Assembly (NCBI GenBank): GCA_020536535.1
Contig: JAHLWZ010000965.1
Span: 1-37,095 of the forward strand
Reading direction: 5' to 3'
DNA: 37,095 nucleotides
Source: Pelomyxa schiedti
Lineage: Eukaryota; Protista; Evosea
The notes under the pieces were generated by a model. It was given only the letters and a program-made list of their open reading frames with translations, was not told the origin of the DNA and searched no databases. Made by a program: the position numbers and the translations under genes. Positions 1 to 10,980 of this stretch are shown here, piece by piece (positions within the stretch are counted from its first letter, which is position 1; each line of letters begins with the position of its first letter).

Positions 1-1
1 A

Positions 2-2247
2 AAGGGACACAAAGTTATTCCCGTGGATGACATTTCTTCACACTGCCGTGACATGAGGGCAGAACTACAAAGTGAATTACGTGATCACGAGAATGCGTGC
101 ACTCAAACACTTTCATTGATATCTGACTCTATTGATTCTTCTCATCAAGTTTGACGCCCTCCAGTGCCTCCCTCCAAGTTTGAGGAATTCCAAAAACTCT
201 CCTCAGGCACAATCAGAACTAGAGACTGAAATCAACAGCTGCTTTGAACACCTCATTTCAGTACTACAAAGCCGGAAAGCATGCTTGATAAAGAATTCCC
301 GTGACCTTCATCAAAGTAGAGGTGATTTACATCAAGCCCTCAAGACCCTTTTTCTCATTTTTTAGCTACTCTGTTACAGCAAAATAAGGAAGATATCCGC
401 GAAATTCTTCAAAGGGTTAATGTATCCACTACTACCTACTCACCATCAACCACGGACTTCGAGATAGGCCTACGATTACAGGATACTCGGGCACTCATAA
501 ACGTCAGTTGCCTTTTTGATATAAATTCATTGGTATTCAGGCCCACAACAGGAACTTGTGCACCGTGAAAAGTACACTACCAGTTTAATTGATGCCAACG
601 CAACCATTAGTGAACTCTGTTCTACTCATCTGGAACAAGAAATAAACAATTTTGGATCTATCAGGTCTGCTGGTAATACTTACTTTGGTAATGGTTCCCA
701 AATAACATCTGCCAGTGCCACGGGCAATTACGCAAGAACCGCGCACAACACCTTCTTCATCTACTAACAATACCGCATGCAGTTTTGATGAAATGGGCCT
801 GTCAGACAATGTTTTAAGGTTACGATATAAGTATAAACCAAGTGTAAAATAATACAGAGGCATCTATGCTTGGGGCTTTGAAACTCCTTCCCTACCACAG
901 CGCAATACAATAACAGGAATGATGAGTGGGCGTGACATTCTCACTCAAGCACAACCTGGCACTGGTAAAACTGCTGCTTTTGTAATCCCATGTCTCCAGA
1001 CCCTTGATGTGAGGAGCAACAAATGTCAAGTACTAGTACTTGTTCCCTCCCATGAATTAGCCTTGCAAGTCCACAGGGTACCCTTGCTTCCTTGTCCTTT
1101 CCTTAACAAATCTAAAAATCAGATCATTATTGGCCTGGGAGCGTACCTGCCTGGACTTAAATGCATGACTTGCATTGGTGCTACTAGTGTCAGGGAAAAC
1201 ATGAAAATGATGGATGACTGTCATATAGTTGTTGGAACCCCTGGTCGAGTCTGTGATATGATAAACAGGAAAGCGCTTCAAACAAACTATGTGAAGCTTT
1301 TTATACTTGATGAAGGTGATATTCTGTTATCCAGGTGCTCTTGACTGTCCTCACTACTCTTGTTCTAAAGTTTTTGTATCCTTTCAAGGTCATTTAAGGA
1401 CCAAATTTATACTGTATTTACCTCACTTCCTACGGATGTCCAAGTGGGGTTATTTTCGTCAGGAATGCCCAAGGAGTGTCTTAGTCTGACAGAAAGGTTT
1501 ATGAGGGAACCCATCCGATTCCTGCTGGAAAAGTCTGAAGTAATACCGAGCAACATAAAGCAGTTCCATATTGAACATGACAATGAGAACCAAAGTAATT
1601 CTTTTGATATATAATACCTAAAGTAAACACATGAAACCCTAAATGGTTCCTTTCGTTTTTTCCCCCCAGAATTTTCTACACTTTGTGACTTGTATGAGGT
1701 GGTTAATATATCTCAATCTGTTATCTTCTGCAACACAAAGAGAAAAGTGGATTGGCTAGTTTCCTCCTTGGGAGAGGCCAACCTAATTGGTATGTCGTTG
1801 AGTACCATCACTATACTAACACTATTGTAGCAACTGGAATACATGGAGATATGGCAATCCAGGAACGCAACGAAGCCGTCGCCTCATTTAGAAGTGGTGC
1901 TACACGAGTTCTCGTCACGACGGACCAGGTTAACATTCCCTATTACAGGAAAGTTTCCAACCTACTGGTAGATTTTGGTTGGCATCGATGTTGCTCAAGT
2001 TTCAGTTGTTTTAAATTACGACCTTCCGAATTGTCTAGAGTCTTATGTTCGGAGGTTGCTTGTTCTCTTATTGCATCCATCACTTAACTTTTCCTATTTC
2101 AGAGTTGGGCGCTGCGGGCGATTCGGCAGAAAAGGAGTGGCTATCACCTTGATTTCATTGGCTGCAGACATGACTCTGTTCCATGAGCTCGAGGAAGAGT
2201 TCGGAACTATACCCCCCATGCCCGCCAACATAGAGGACTTTATATGA
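2..2247 (+). CDS. B-box/coiled-coil (TRIM-like) + eIF4A-like DEAD-box helicase fusion with degenerate motifs; 5' end outside window
   Basis: Frame stays open through GT-AG introns 149-206, 322-365, 503-551, 673-715, 819-857 and five further ones. Translation: [10 protein letters not shown] (B-box tail), helical [24 protein letters not shown]...[11 protein letters not shown], then [24 protein letters not shown] (Q motif), [47 protein letters not shown] and the eIF4A-like C-terminus MPANIEDFI*. Confidence 0.85.
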
Positions 2248-2409
2248 TTCTGAAACCCCTGTCTAGGATAGAAGGGGCACCCTCATCGTCGTGGTGCCGC
2301 ACTCTATCTGAGCAACTGTGAAACCCAATTTGGTTTTCTGCTGTTTTGCATTTTCGCCAAAACAGTTAAACACACGAAAAAAAAAAAAAACCTTGTTGGT
2401 GACAAGCAA

Positions 2410-3023
2410 ATGGCCGCTTCAAGACTAAACAATGAACTGCGCGAACTCGCCACCAACCCACCAGAGAACGTAAACGCCAACCCCCTCGATGACGACATTT
2501 ATCACTGGCAAGGAACAATTATGGTTCGTAACATTCACCCCCGTATCTGTTTTTTTTTTTATTTTGATTGTACTCTCCAGGGACCTGACAACACACCTTA
2601 TGCCGAGGGCGTTTTCTTCTTAGATATTTTGGTTCCAACTGACTACCCAGTAAATCCACCCAAAGTCAGCTTCACAACTAAAATCTTCCACCCGGTAAGT
2701 TTTCCGCTTGATTTTACTTAACTTCACCTCATCCGGATCACATTCAACCACACCCAACTTCCCGTACTATCAACACTGACACTCTACACCCAAAAAAGGA
2801 TGTTCGAGGAGATGGCTCCATTTGCCTCACCCTATTGAAGCCAGGACACTGGCAACCAACCATCACAATTGCACAAATCCTGGTCTCCATTCTGGCTCTT
2901 CTTCACGAGCCTGAGGGTTTGGCTGCCCCATTCAACCCTGAGGCCGCCGCCCTCTATCAAAGAGACAGGGCCGCATTTGACCGCACTGCTGCTCAATGGA
3001 CCAAAGACCATGCTTCTGTTTGA
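2410..3023 (+). CDS. Ubiquitin-conjugating enzyme E2, Ubc4/UBE2D-like
   Basis: Exons 2410-2523, 2581-2694 and 2799-3023. Motifs: [60 protein letters not shown] (catalytic Cys present), WQPTITIAQILVSI. Confidence 0.93.
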
Positions 3024-3164
3024 GCAGTCACAAACAAATGAGACAACCATTTTATTTGAAAGGGAAAAAAAAAAATGTGTTTCTATTCAACAATTGAATC
3101 CCTTCAGACATCACGTCAACGATTCATTGAGTGAGCTTATTATGTTGGTGTATTGGTTTGTTGA

Positions 3165-4545
3165 TCACTCGTCTTCGAGGGAGAAGGACAAATGGGCAGG
3201 GGAAGTGAGTGTCTTTTTGGGTTGGGCTGCAGCTGTTTCCGGTTCTACAACTACGGGAGCCTCTTCAATCGTGGTTGCATCAGAGCTCATAAGATTCACA
3301 CCGAATTTAGTTTGCACGTAGTCAAGTAGTCTTGTTGACTGAGATTTCCTGCAAAGACATTAACCAAAAGGTAAATACTAATTTAAGAGTACAATGCTGG
3401 GTCAGTCATGGAGGGGTCGCCAAGAACTTCAAAGATATCATGCAAACAAACAAGGAGAAAGTTGGAGTCGGTCAAGGGATCCACAAAGAAATCTTTTGGG
3501 GCATGCCCAAGCTGTGCTTGCACAATGCACAAGAAGTTGAAGAAAAATCCAGCGTGCCTGTTGCTGTTTCAGAAACAAAAAAGTTAGAGATACGAGATGT
3601 AGTTCATACACTCCAATTGCTTGCTGACAAGAACACAATAACTTCACTATTTCTTTCCATTGCTCGAGAGCAGAGAACGAGGCTGTATATAAGAATAGAA
3701 CATAAGAAAGCTGCAGCTCGCTAAGTAATTCATCTGAGTTCCCTCCGTATACAGTTGTTATCACCCATTCAAGTCTTCCCGAGCCATCGTGATGGTACTG
3801 AGTTCTCTGAGCACAAGGTTAAGTGGAAAAAATTAGAAGGATTACAAACTTCAGTAGGTGAAAGAGTAGCAAGGAAAGGCTTGGGTGGGGACAGATTGCT
3901 GAACTTGGGAATACGGGGAGCATCCTCAAAGAACGGTATAACTTGTTGACTCTGGGAAGTGCTGGAACGCGTTTCATCTCCGCCAGAACATATCTTGGAC
4001 ATTGGAGGTATTGCACATCTTTCTAGCGTCAGGGAAAAGCTTTTACAACTTGTACTATACCTATGTAAGGTTGCCTCCGAAATTCGATCAGATACTTCGT
4101 TCCAGCTGGACATGTGTTGTATGGGATAAGCACCGAGCCTCTGATCAAGCTCGGGTGTATTGACCAAATCTTGCATTCTTCGGATTTCGTCCTCGTCTCT
4201 GACTATCAAACAAAAAAGGAGAGAAGATGAAGCTCTAAGAAAAAGCGAGAATTGTTAGGACTGCACAAAGTTGGCTTATGGCACACCGAATTTGAAGTCT
4301 TCCTCCTTGTCGTCCCAATCGACCACAACAACTCGTTTCTCGCTGCTGAACTTCACAAAAAATGCCAACCCCATTCCGGCTCCACCACCTGACGAGGGCA
4401 TACTGTAGTGCACTAAATGGAGCCCCATTGGGACCAGTTTGGTTCCCATAAACCGCGGCGCCACCGTTCTGTAGCTCACTTCGTCCACACCAAATTCCAG
4501 CTGCCGCGTGACATTACGGCATACTACGTACCCGTAAGGTTGCAT
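3165..4545 (-). CDS. AAR2: AAR2, U5 snRNP assembly factor
   Basis: Motifs: EFGVDEVSY...FMGTKLVPMGLHLVHYS, LDQRLGAYP, LLSELQLSYVLFL, ALEQWKEIVKLLCSC, QLGHAPKDFFVDPLTDSNFL. Five GT-AG introns; TGA at 3165-3167. Confidence 0.9.
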
Positions 4546-4654
4546 GGCACTCCCCTCGTGTGTTTTTTTTTAATTAAATTAAATTAATGAATTTATGTGC
4601 GGATTTTGATCAATACGGCGAGAAAATTCTTTTTCTACATAATTAACAGTTAAG

Positions 4655-5368
4655 ATGCCAAAGGGAGCTGTAGTTGCCTGCTTTTTTCTAATATTAAGGT
4701 GTCAAACGCAATGTGTCAAGATCTCTCAAACATTGTTATTATTGATAGAATGTGGACCAGAATAACAACAAAGAACCTGAACAGGGTGTTTGAACCAGAG
4801 GGAGCGCCTGTGTCAGTTACACTCAGTGGATTCCCCATACGCAAGATAGACCGCGTGGAAGTTGGGATTGACGAAGTGGATCCGCGGCACATACAAGGAT
4901 CTTGGGGCACTTGGTGTTGGGTGACAGAGACATCGACATCCTCTGACGTATTTTTGCTGCAACGAAACATCTTCGCGAGATGTTGGGAGGTGGTAACGGC
5001 TCCTTCTATTATATGCTAATCCCATTACAGACCTATCATCTCTTTAGAAATGGATTGGACCCGAAGGGAAATGCTTACACAAAACACTATGCCGACTTCT
5101 ACTGCATCGGAATGGCATTGGGTTCTTTGGTATGTACTTGCTTCCGGGGAAAGACAACTCACATGAGTAGGTACTGCTAGCTGGAGCCATTGGATTCTTC
5201 ATATCATCTATCTTTGAGAGCACAGTTGGGGTTTGCATTACTTTTATTGTGATGGCAATTGGTCTTCTGCTGCTCCTTGCCAACATCTACGGCCGTACAA
5301 CTACAAGACCATTCTCCCAGATGGTGTCTGGTCTGATTCCCAGGATAGAAACTATTGACGACTTGTAA
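4655..5368 (+). CDS. Hypothetical membrane protein (about 2 C-terminal TM helices)
   Basis: ATG 4655 is divergent from AAR2. The spliced C-terminal exons give CIGMALGSL..GAIGFFISSIF and VGVCITFIVMAIGLLLLLANI, ending TAA 5366-5368. Internal exon structure is uncertain. Confidence 0.55.
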
Positions 5369-5484
5369 TAAAGCTAAAAGAAAGGCCTTTGTGTATCTCT
5401 TCTGGCTTCACTATGGATCACAATCATAAATCAATGAACTCTTCTTTTATATTCCTCTCCATTCAATTCAATGCAACGCAGCTG

Positions 5485-6145
5485 TCAGCACAAAAATATC
5501 TTCTTGGTCACAGCAATTCTGCCATCGCACACAGGGCATTTTGAGACCAAACCAGAGCAGCCAAGGCACATGCACACATGGTAGCAGGGAATCACCACAA
5601 CCTCACTGTTCTCGCTGCAACAGATGACGCAACTATTATTTGAAGTGTGCGGCTTGGTCAGGTTATAGATGCAACGCCTTATCCAACCTCCAGCCTTTGT
5701 TTCAGACCAGCCTATTGGTTATTTTCGGCCCAATGGTTAGTCTAGTACCTCATAAATAGAGTAGAGTTACCTAAGCCTTCAAGGGACTCGACCATATTTC
5801 CAATGGATTCCAGAAAGACTTGCGTATCAGCTTCGTGATAGTCAAGGTGAGTATGGCACTTGAACTTCCAGTCTTTCACATGGAACCTGCAAATAAACAA
5901 CAGGAGTTGGCGTGCTATTATTCTCGCTTATACACAAACCTGTGGGTGTTTTTCCTCTTATCACAGAACATGTAGGCCTCGTCATCAATGTACATCTTCC
6001 CGCCACAATTGGTGTGCTCCCAATAGTGCTTTGCCATCCCATCAGTGCACTTTGGTTGGCCTACTGGGCACCTCGAATAGAACGGTATGGCCGTGGGCTC
6101 TGCCGTGCGACGCCAAGAACCCGAGTCCGTAGGTGATCCGCTCAT
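5485..6145 (-). CDS. C-terminal C3HC4 RING-finger protein with an N-terminal Cys/His-rich domain
   Basis: Last exon reads CVICCSENSEVVVIPCYHVCMCLGCSGLVSKCPVCDGRI (RING). N-terminus reads CPVGQPKC...WEHTNCGGKMYIDDEAYMFC...WKFKCHTH. Two GT-AG introns. Confidence 0.85.
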
Positions 6146-6354
6146 AGTACACTGCAATCAAACACCGTGTTCTACTTATGAAACAAAAATACTTTGTCCA
6201 CTTTGGCATAGCCATGGTTCGTCACCACCCACTGTACGTAAAACCTTCCCAACAGTTTTTTTGTTTTTTTTTCCTTTTTTCGTGTCAAATCAAAAAATCA
6301 AGTCGCTGGAAAACAGTGGCGTTTCGCTTGGGAAAGGCCACACAACGAAAACGA

Positions 6355-7042
6355 TCACGACCAGGTGCAGTTGTCGCTAAAGAACGGCACCAGGGCCAAT
6401 TGGACGGCGGGGAGGTACAGCCCCTTCCTGGTAATCAGCCCCTTGGTCAGCATCCCCACGGCGCCCTCCTTGCTCCTGGCGTCCTCGGTGCCGAACACGC
6501 GGTCCACGGCCGCGCCCAGCTCCGACCCCCCCAGCACCAGGTCGGCCACCTCCGCCGGCAGCGCGAACGCCGCGGCGCGCGCCTGCCCGACGACGCCGGG
6601 CCGCCGCGACGACAGCGCCACCACCCACGTGATGGCTTGCAGCCGCCGTCGCAGCCGCGGCGGTTGGCGGTCGCCGTCGCCGCCCGTGGGTTGTTCTATT
6701 TCTATCCCGCCTTCTATTCCAAGCCAGAACGACGCTGTTGGGACTCTCCTCTGTGCCTCCTTGGCTCTGTTCAATGCACCCTTTTTTGGAGCATGTTAAC
6801 CATTTGTTGTTGTGTGGGGTTGTGGTTGTTGTTGTTGTTGTTGTTACTTGGAGGGTCTCGGCACTGGACATTGGCTGGGCAGCCACACCGGAATCCACTG
6901 AAATAGAATGCACAGTAACCGTGGACAACGTGTCCCCATTGGCACTCAACATGCTGGAAAGAGCCTCCTTTGTGGCATTGACTTTGACTGGGTTGGTTGA
7001 GGCCACAACAGCCTCAATGTTGTTGTGCTCGTGTTGCAACAT
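6355..7042 (-). CDS. yjjX: Non-canonical purine NTP phosphatase (inosine/xanthosine triphosphatase, YjjX/NTPase_I-T family)
   Basis: Motifs: VVASTNPVKVNA, SGVAAQPMSSAETLQGALNRA, WLGIEGGI, GSELGAAVDRVFG, EGAVGMLTKGLITRKGLY..AVQLALVPF. One GT-AG intron at 6781-6847. Confidence 0.9.
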
Positions 7043-7103
7043 CCTCGTAATTAAACACGAAAAGTAATTTCCGGAAATTGCGTACTTTTGATTAGATACG
7101 CGT

Positions 7104-8469
7104 TTAGGTTAATTTGATGGTCCGGTTCGTTTCGCGTGTGAGGTCGGAAAGAGATACTCGTCCTATGTGAGTGGGATTGAGTTTGGGTTTTGGGGAGGAT
7201 AGGATATGACAACCTCTTCTTGTGATGTACGCACAAAAGGATTTCATTTCATCCATGGTGAGATTTATGAACTTGCCGCTTTCATCTAGCAATCCAAAAA
7301 GTTTACCTTCTTCTTCAAGTTCATTCAGCATTTCTACAACATCCTACAACATAAGTTAGGACAGTGAAACAAAATCCAAGAGCGGACACGTACTAACGGC
7401 TTCACTCTAAATTCACAAGCAGCGTCTTCTATTGCAGTAACTTTCTGCCTCTGTAAATTAAGAAATTCTGCCTTAGTAACGCCTGGAGAATTGAAGTTTG
7501 ACCTGGAAATACTGAATGAACTCAGTTACCCTTCTCTTAAAACGCGATGCATCTGATTGCTTGGAACCAGACGATTCTAGTTCAATTCCTCCCTATATGC
7601 ATATGTAAATTCCACTTCCGGACAATGGCACAACCTTCCACTTTGAATATTCTGCTTCTTCCCTTTCAGTTCTCTCTTTTTTTATCTTGGCCTCCTCTTC
7701 TTCCTGGTTACTTTTGGTAAGTCCAACAAAAAATTTGTTGAAAAAACCTGTTTCTTTTTTTCTGCCAGCTTTTTTTCTTGCTTCTCTTGGAATTCTTCTT
7801 CTTCTTGTATGTGCTTCTTTATTCTTGCTTCTCGTGCTGCTGTGAGAGCCTAAGAAAGAGTCACACACTCCATGGAAGCAAGGACAAACCTGATGAGCTT
7901 GGCGTTTCTCCTCCTTCTTCCGCATTTTTTCTTGGTACTTTTTCCCCTTACCACCTTTCATCTTGGGCATAGCTGTCTCCTCAGCCTCTTCAGCCTCTTC
8001 TCCATCACTGTCATGTTCTGGTTCCTCTGCTGGGTTTTCTTCTTCCTCTGGTTGGTCCACATGTTGTTCCTCTATAACAGGTTTTTCTATTAAAAAACGA
8101 AAACGGACCGTTAGAAAGAAGCTAAGGCAAAATAACAAAACCTGGAGCAGGTTCTTCATGGGCAACAACTTCCACAGCAACCTTTTTTTTCATGGCACCC
8201 AAAGCCCTTTCAGCCCCTCTCTTGGGTTCTGGTTCCTTAGCCTAGTCCATAGGCAATATTTATTTGGTCAAGTTGGCTAACACAGTCCCACAAACTAAAA
8301 TCCACAAAGGCAAATGCATCCCATAGTTCGGTTTGTGGTTATTGTGTGTTACCTGTTGTTTGGTAGGCGTGTGGGGCGCCGGTTTGGTTGTTGTTAACCG
8401 CCAGGCAACAACAAGTAGTCCCATAATGAAAAAGAAGCAGCCAATCGCCAGCCACACGGCAAGGTCCAT
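7104..8469 (-). CDS. DDRGK1: DDRGK domain-containing protein 1 (UFM1 E3 complex adaptor, UFBP1)
   Basis: N-terminal TM (MDLAVWLAIGCFFFIMGLLVVAW), a charged coiled coil, EEAEYSKWK, EFIQYF..QKV, and GKLFGLLDESGKFI (DDRGK motif as DESGK) followed by YITRRGRVSLSDL. Confidence 0.9.
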
Positions 8470-9109
8470 CGCCGCTCCCACCTGGTATCTATTATCTACA
8501 AAATTTCCTAACAAGAAAAGACCTTCTCTCTTCTTGTGACAGTTATGTGGCCTGTCACAAGAGATGTTCCTGCAAGTGCCCTCTAACCAATCATAGTCCC
8601 GTGACCAAATGACACGAGGGAGCACCACACCAACCCAAAGACAAAAGAAGAAAACTTTATACAACAAGTGCTTTGTTTTGGATGAACATTGACTTTGGTG
8701 GCATTTATGGGGGAGCAGGAGGCAGCAGCATAACGCGAACTGGTTGAACTTAGCAGAACAGAGCCAAATATGCCCCGAGAATGCATGCTGCCGCGGAAAG
8801 CCAAACACTCCTCCCCAAGGCCCATTGCCCACTCCAACGAGTCTGCAACCGGGAAGCACCAGGGTGCAGGAAACGGAACCGAGTGGGCCTTCGGTTCCGA
8901 TCCCACAACCCTGGGTTCCCACTGGCCGACTACGCCAAGAGTGGGCTTGGGGAGGAGTGTGAGACAAACCAATAGCACTCAGCCAGAGCGAGTGGCTACC
9001 AAAAAGTGTGCCGCAAGAGCAGAGTCAGTGATAAAGCCAAGAGTATAACAAAGCACAGCAAAGCCAAACCAAGTCACCAGCCCCGGGACAAGAACACTGC
9101 GGAGGAGTC

Positions 9110-9120
9110 TCAATTGACAA

Positions 9121-9183
<63 letters not shown>

Positions 9184-10980
9184 CAGCACGAGCACCAGCA
9201 CCAGCACCAGCACCAGCACCGGAAAGAGGCTGACGAGGACCCTCAGCAGTCGATTTGTCAATCTGAATACTCATGTTAGAGAAACAAGAAGAGTGTGAAA
9301 GAGAGGTGCTCCTTACCGGGTAAATGTGCCGCACTGGTGGTCGTTGTGCTGGCTTTCGAAATCCACCAATTTTGAGGAGGTCCGCGGTAAGTGCCGACAT
9401 CGGCTTGTGAAGAATTGGTGGTCTTGTTGTTGGAACTGCTTGGGTTGGCGTGCTTGGTGCTGGCGAAGGTAGCCTGCTGTTCTTGGTTTGTTGTGGAACT
9501 GTTGAACCAACTGTCCATGGTGAAGGTGACAACGGTGATGATGGAGCAGATGGGGGCGATGAACAGCAGCAGTTCACGTTGTTGAGATTGAGCGCAGATA
9601 GGCGTCGCCGTGAACGGAAGATGGATGCAGTGAGCGCCACTTGTTGAGCGAAGGATCTTATCTTTAGTTGTGGTGGTGGTGGAGGAACAGGAACAGAAAC
9701 AGAAACAGCCCACGAGTGAATCATAGATCCCAAAGTATCGCGCACGGCGATAGCCAGCTGGACGGTGCAAGTATAGCAGCAGAAACGGGTAATTCGCACC
9801 AATGCAGCCCACATCGCCTGTATGATCGATACTGCCAATGTCGGAGCAATCCTGAGTAATCTGAAGACATGTATCACCGCGGTAGCCAGGAATATGATGA
9901 TGAGTATAGCCACATAACCGATCAGGTACATCAAGGTTCCCCACACCGCGAATATGGCACATGCCAAAGCTGAAAGACCGGACGACATCCACCACAGACA
10001 AGAGCTCACTGGGATTCTGCGCAGTGCTGCCACCAGAGCAGGCAGCATTTGAAGCCCAAGGTAGTAGTCGTGCATCCAAGCCAACACCACCATGACCAAG
10101 AGTATAGCAGAAAAGTAAGTATGATACAGGGAATGCAGTGCCGACCGAGCCAGAATCCCCACGTCCATAAGCAAAAAGCTGGGGTTGACCAACCAGCGCC
10201 AGCGGGAAGGTGACGAAAGCCATGGTGCCGAGAACAAAGACATCGGCACATCTTGGGGGATGTCGAAAGGGGTGATGACCCGGCCATATCCATAATACCC
10301 GCTCACGCCAGGGCTTCTGTAGTAGTGGCGGTTGCAGTCATCATCAGAGAGGCCGATGTGCCGCAACGCATTGTCCAGAAACTTCGCGAGTATATTCCAC
10401 CGCATGTCTGGGTCCCTTTCGAAATCGAGGCACTCAGCAGCGTAATGAACATCGTGCGGGAAGGGCAAAACCCCCAGAATGATCAGGTAAACATGCCTCA
10501 AGGAATACTCCACGAAGAGACACCAATCCTGTGTTTGTAATGAGGAATTGTGATGAGGAAAATAAAGCGGAAACCTCAACGAGAGTAGTCCCAGTTTGTG
10601 AAATTCCAGGCACATTGTCAATGTTGGGTGTCCTCCACAACTTGTGGGATGCACTCAATACGAAGACCAGCCTGTTGTGTTGCGGTTAGTGTTGTTACAC
10701 AAAAAAACAACCCCCACGAAAAGAAACCCATAGCGAAACAAAAAAAAAACTCGAGGTGGTGCGAGCCACACGAGGGTGGCGATGACGATGGCGGTGTGTG
10801 CCGTATTTTTTGCAATAACAAAGAAAGAAAGGGGGAAAAAAGGGAGGCGAGGACCAACCTTACTACTCCGGCCGCTACGCCGACACCGGCTATCGATAGC
10901 CAGCAGCTGAGCGCCGCAACTGCGATCTTTCTTAGCACGTACAGTAACAACGTTAACACGAATGCGACAACGGTATTCAT
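9110..10980 (-). CDS. Hypothetical multi-pass membrane protein with Pro/Ser-rich tail ending in (GA)n-(AR)n dipeptide repeats
   Basis: Long final exon (most of the 514-aa ORF), joined by two plausible GT-AG introns (~10529-10575 and ~10671-10858) to a hydrophobic first exon MNTVVAFVLTLLLYVL. Several hydrophobic stretches; no family recognised. Confidence 0.55.
9121..9220. repeat. Hexamer microsatellite: (CACGAG)10 followed by mostly CACCAG units, about 16.5 units in total
   Basis: Directly visible: 10 perfect CACGAG units at 9121-9180, then CACCAG, CACGAG, (CACCAG)4 and CACC. Confidence 0.97.

Noticed and set aside
6178-6906. 242-aa and 144-aa plus-strand ORFs
   Set aside because: Antisense shadows of the GC-rich yjjX-like gene; no motifs.
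8260-8967. 235-aa minus ORF as an N-terminal extension of DDRGK1
   Set aside because: The DDRGK1 TM anchor starts at ATG 8469. The upstream part has no ATG in good context or recognisable motif and is likely UTR or intergenic.
9121-9220. Repeat as a CRISPR array or telomeric seed
   Set aside because: Pure 6-bp tandem units with no spacers, and not a TTAGGG-like motif.
9276-10223. 315-aa overlapping alternative-frame ORF
   Set aside because: No recognisable features. The other frame gives coherent TM helices and connects to upstream exons.
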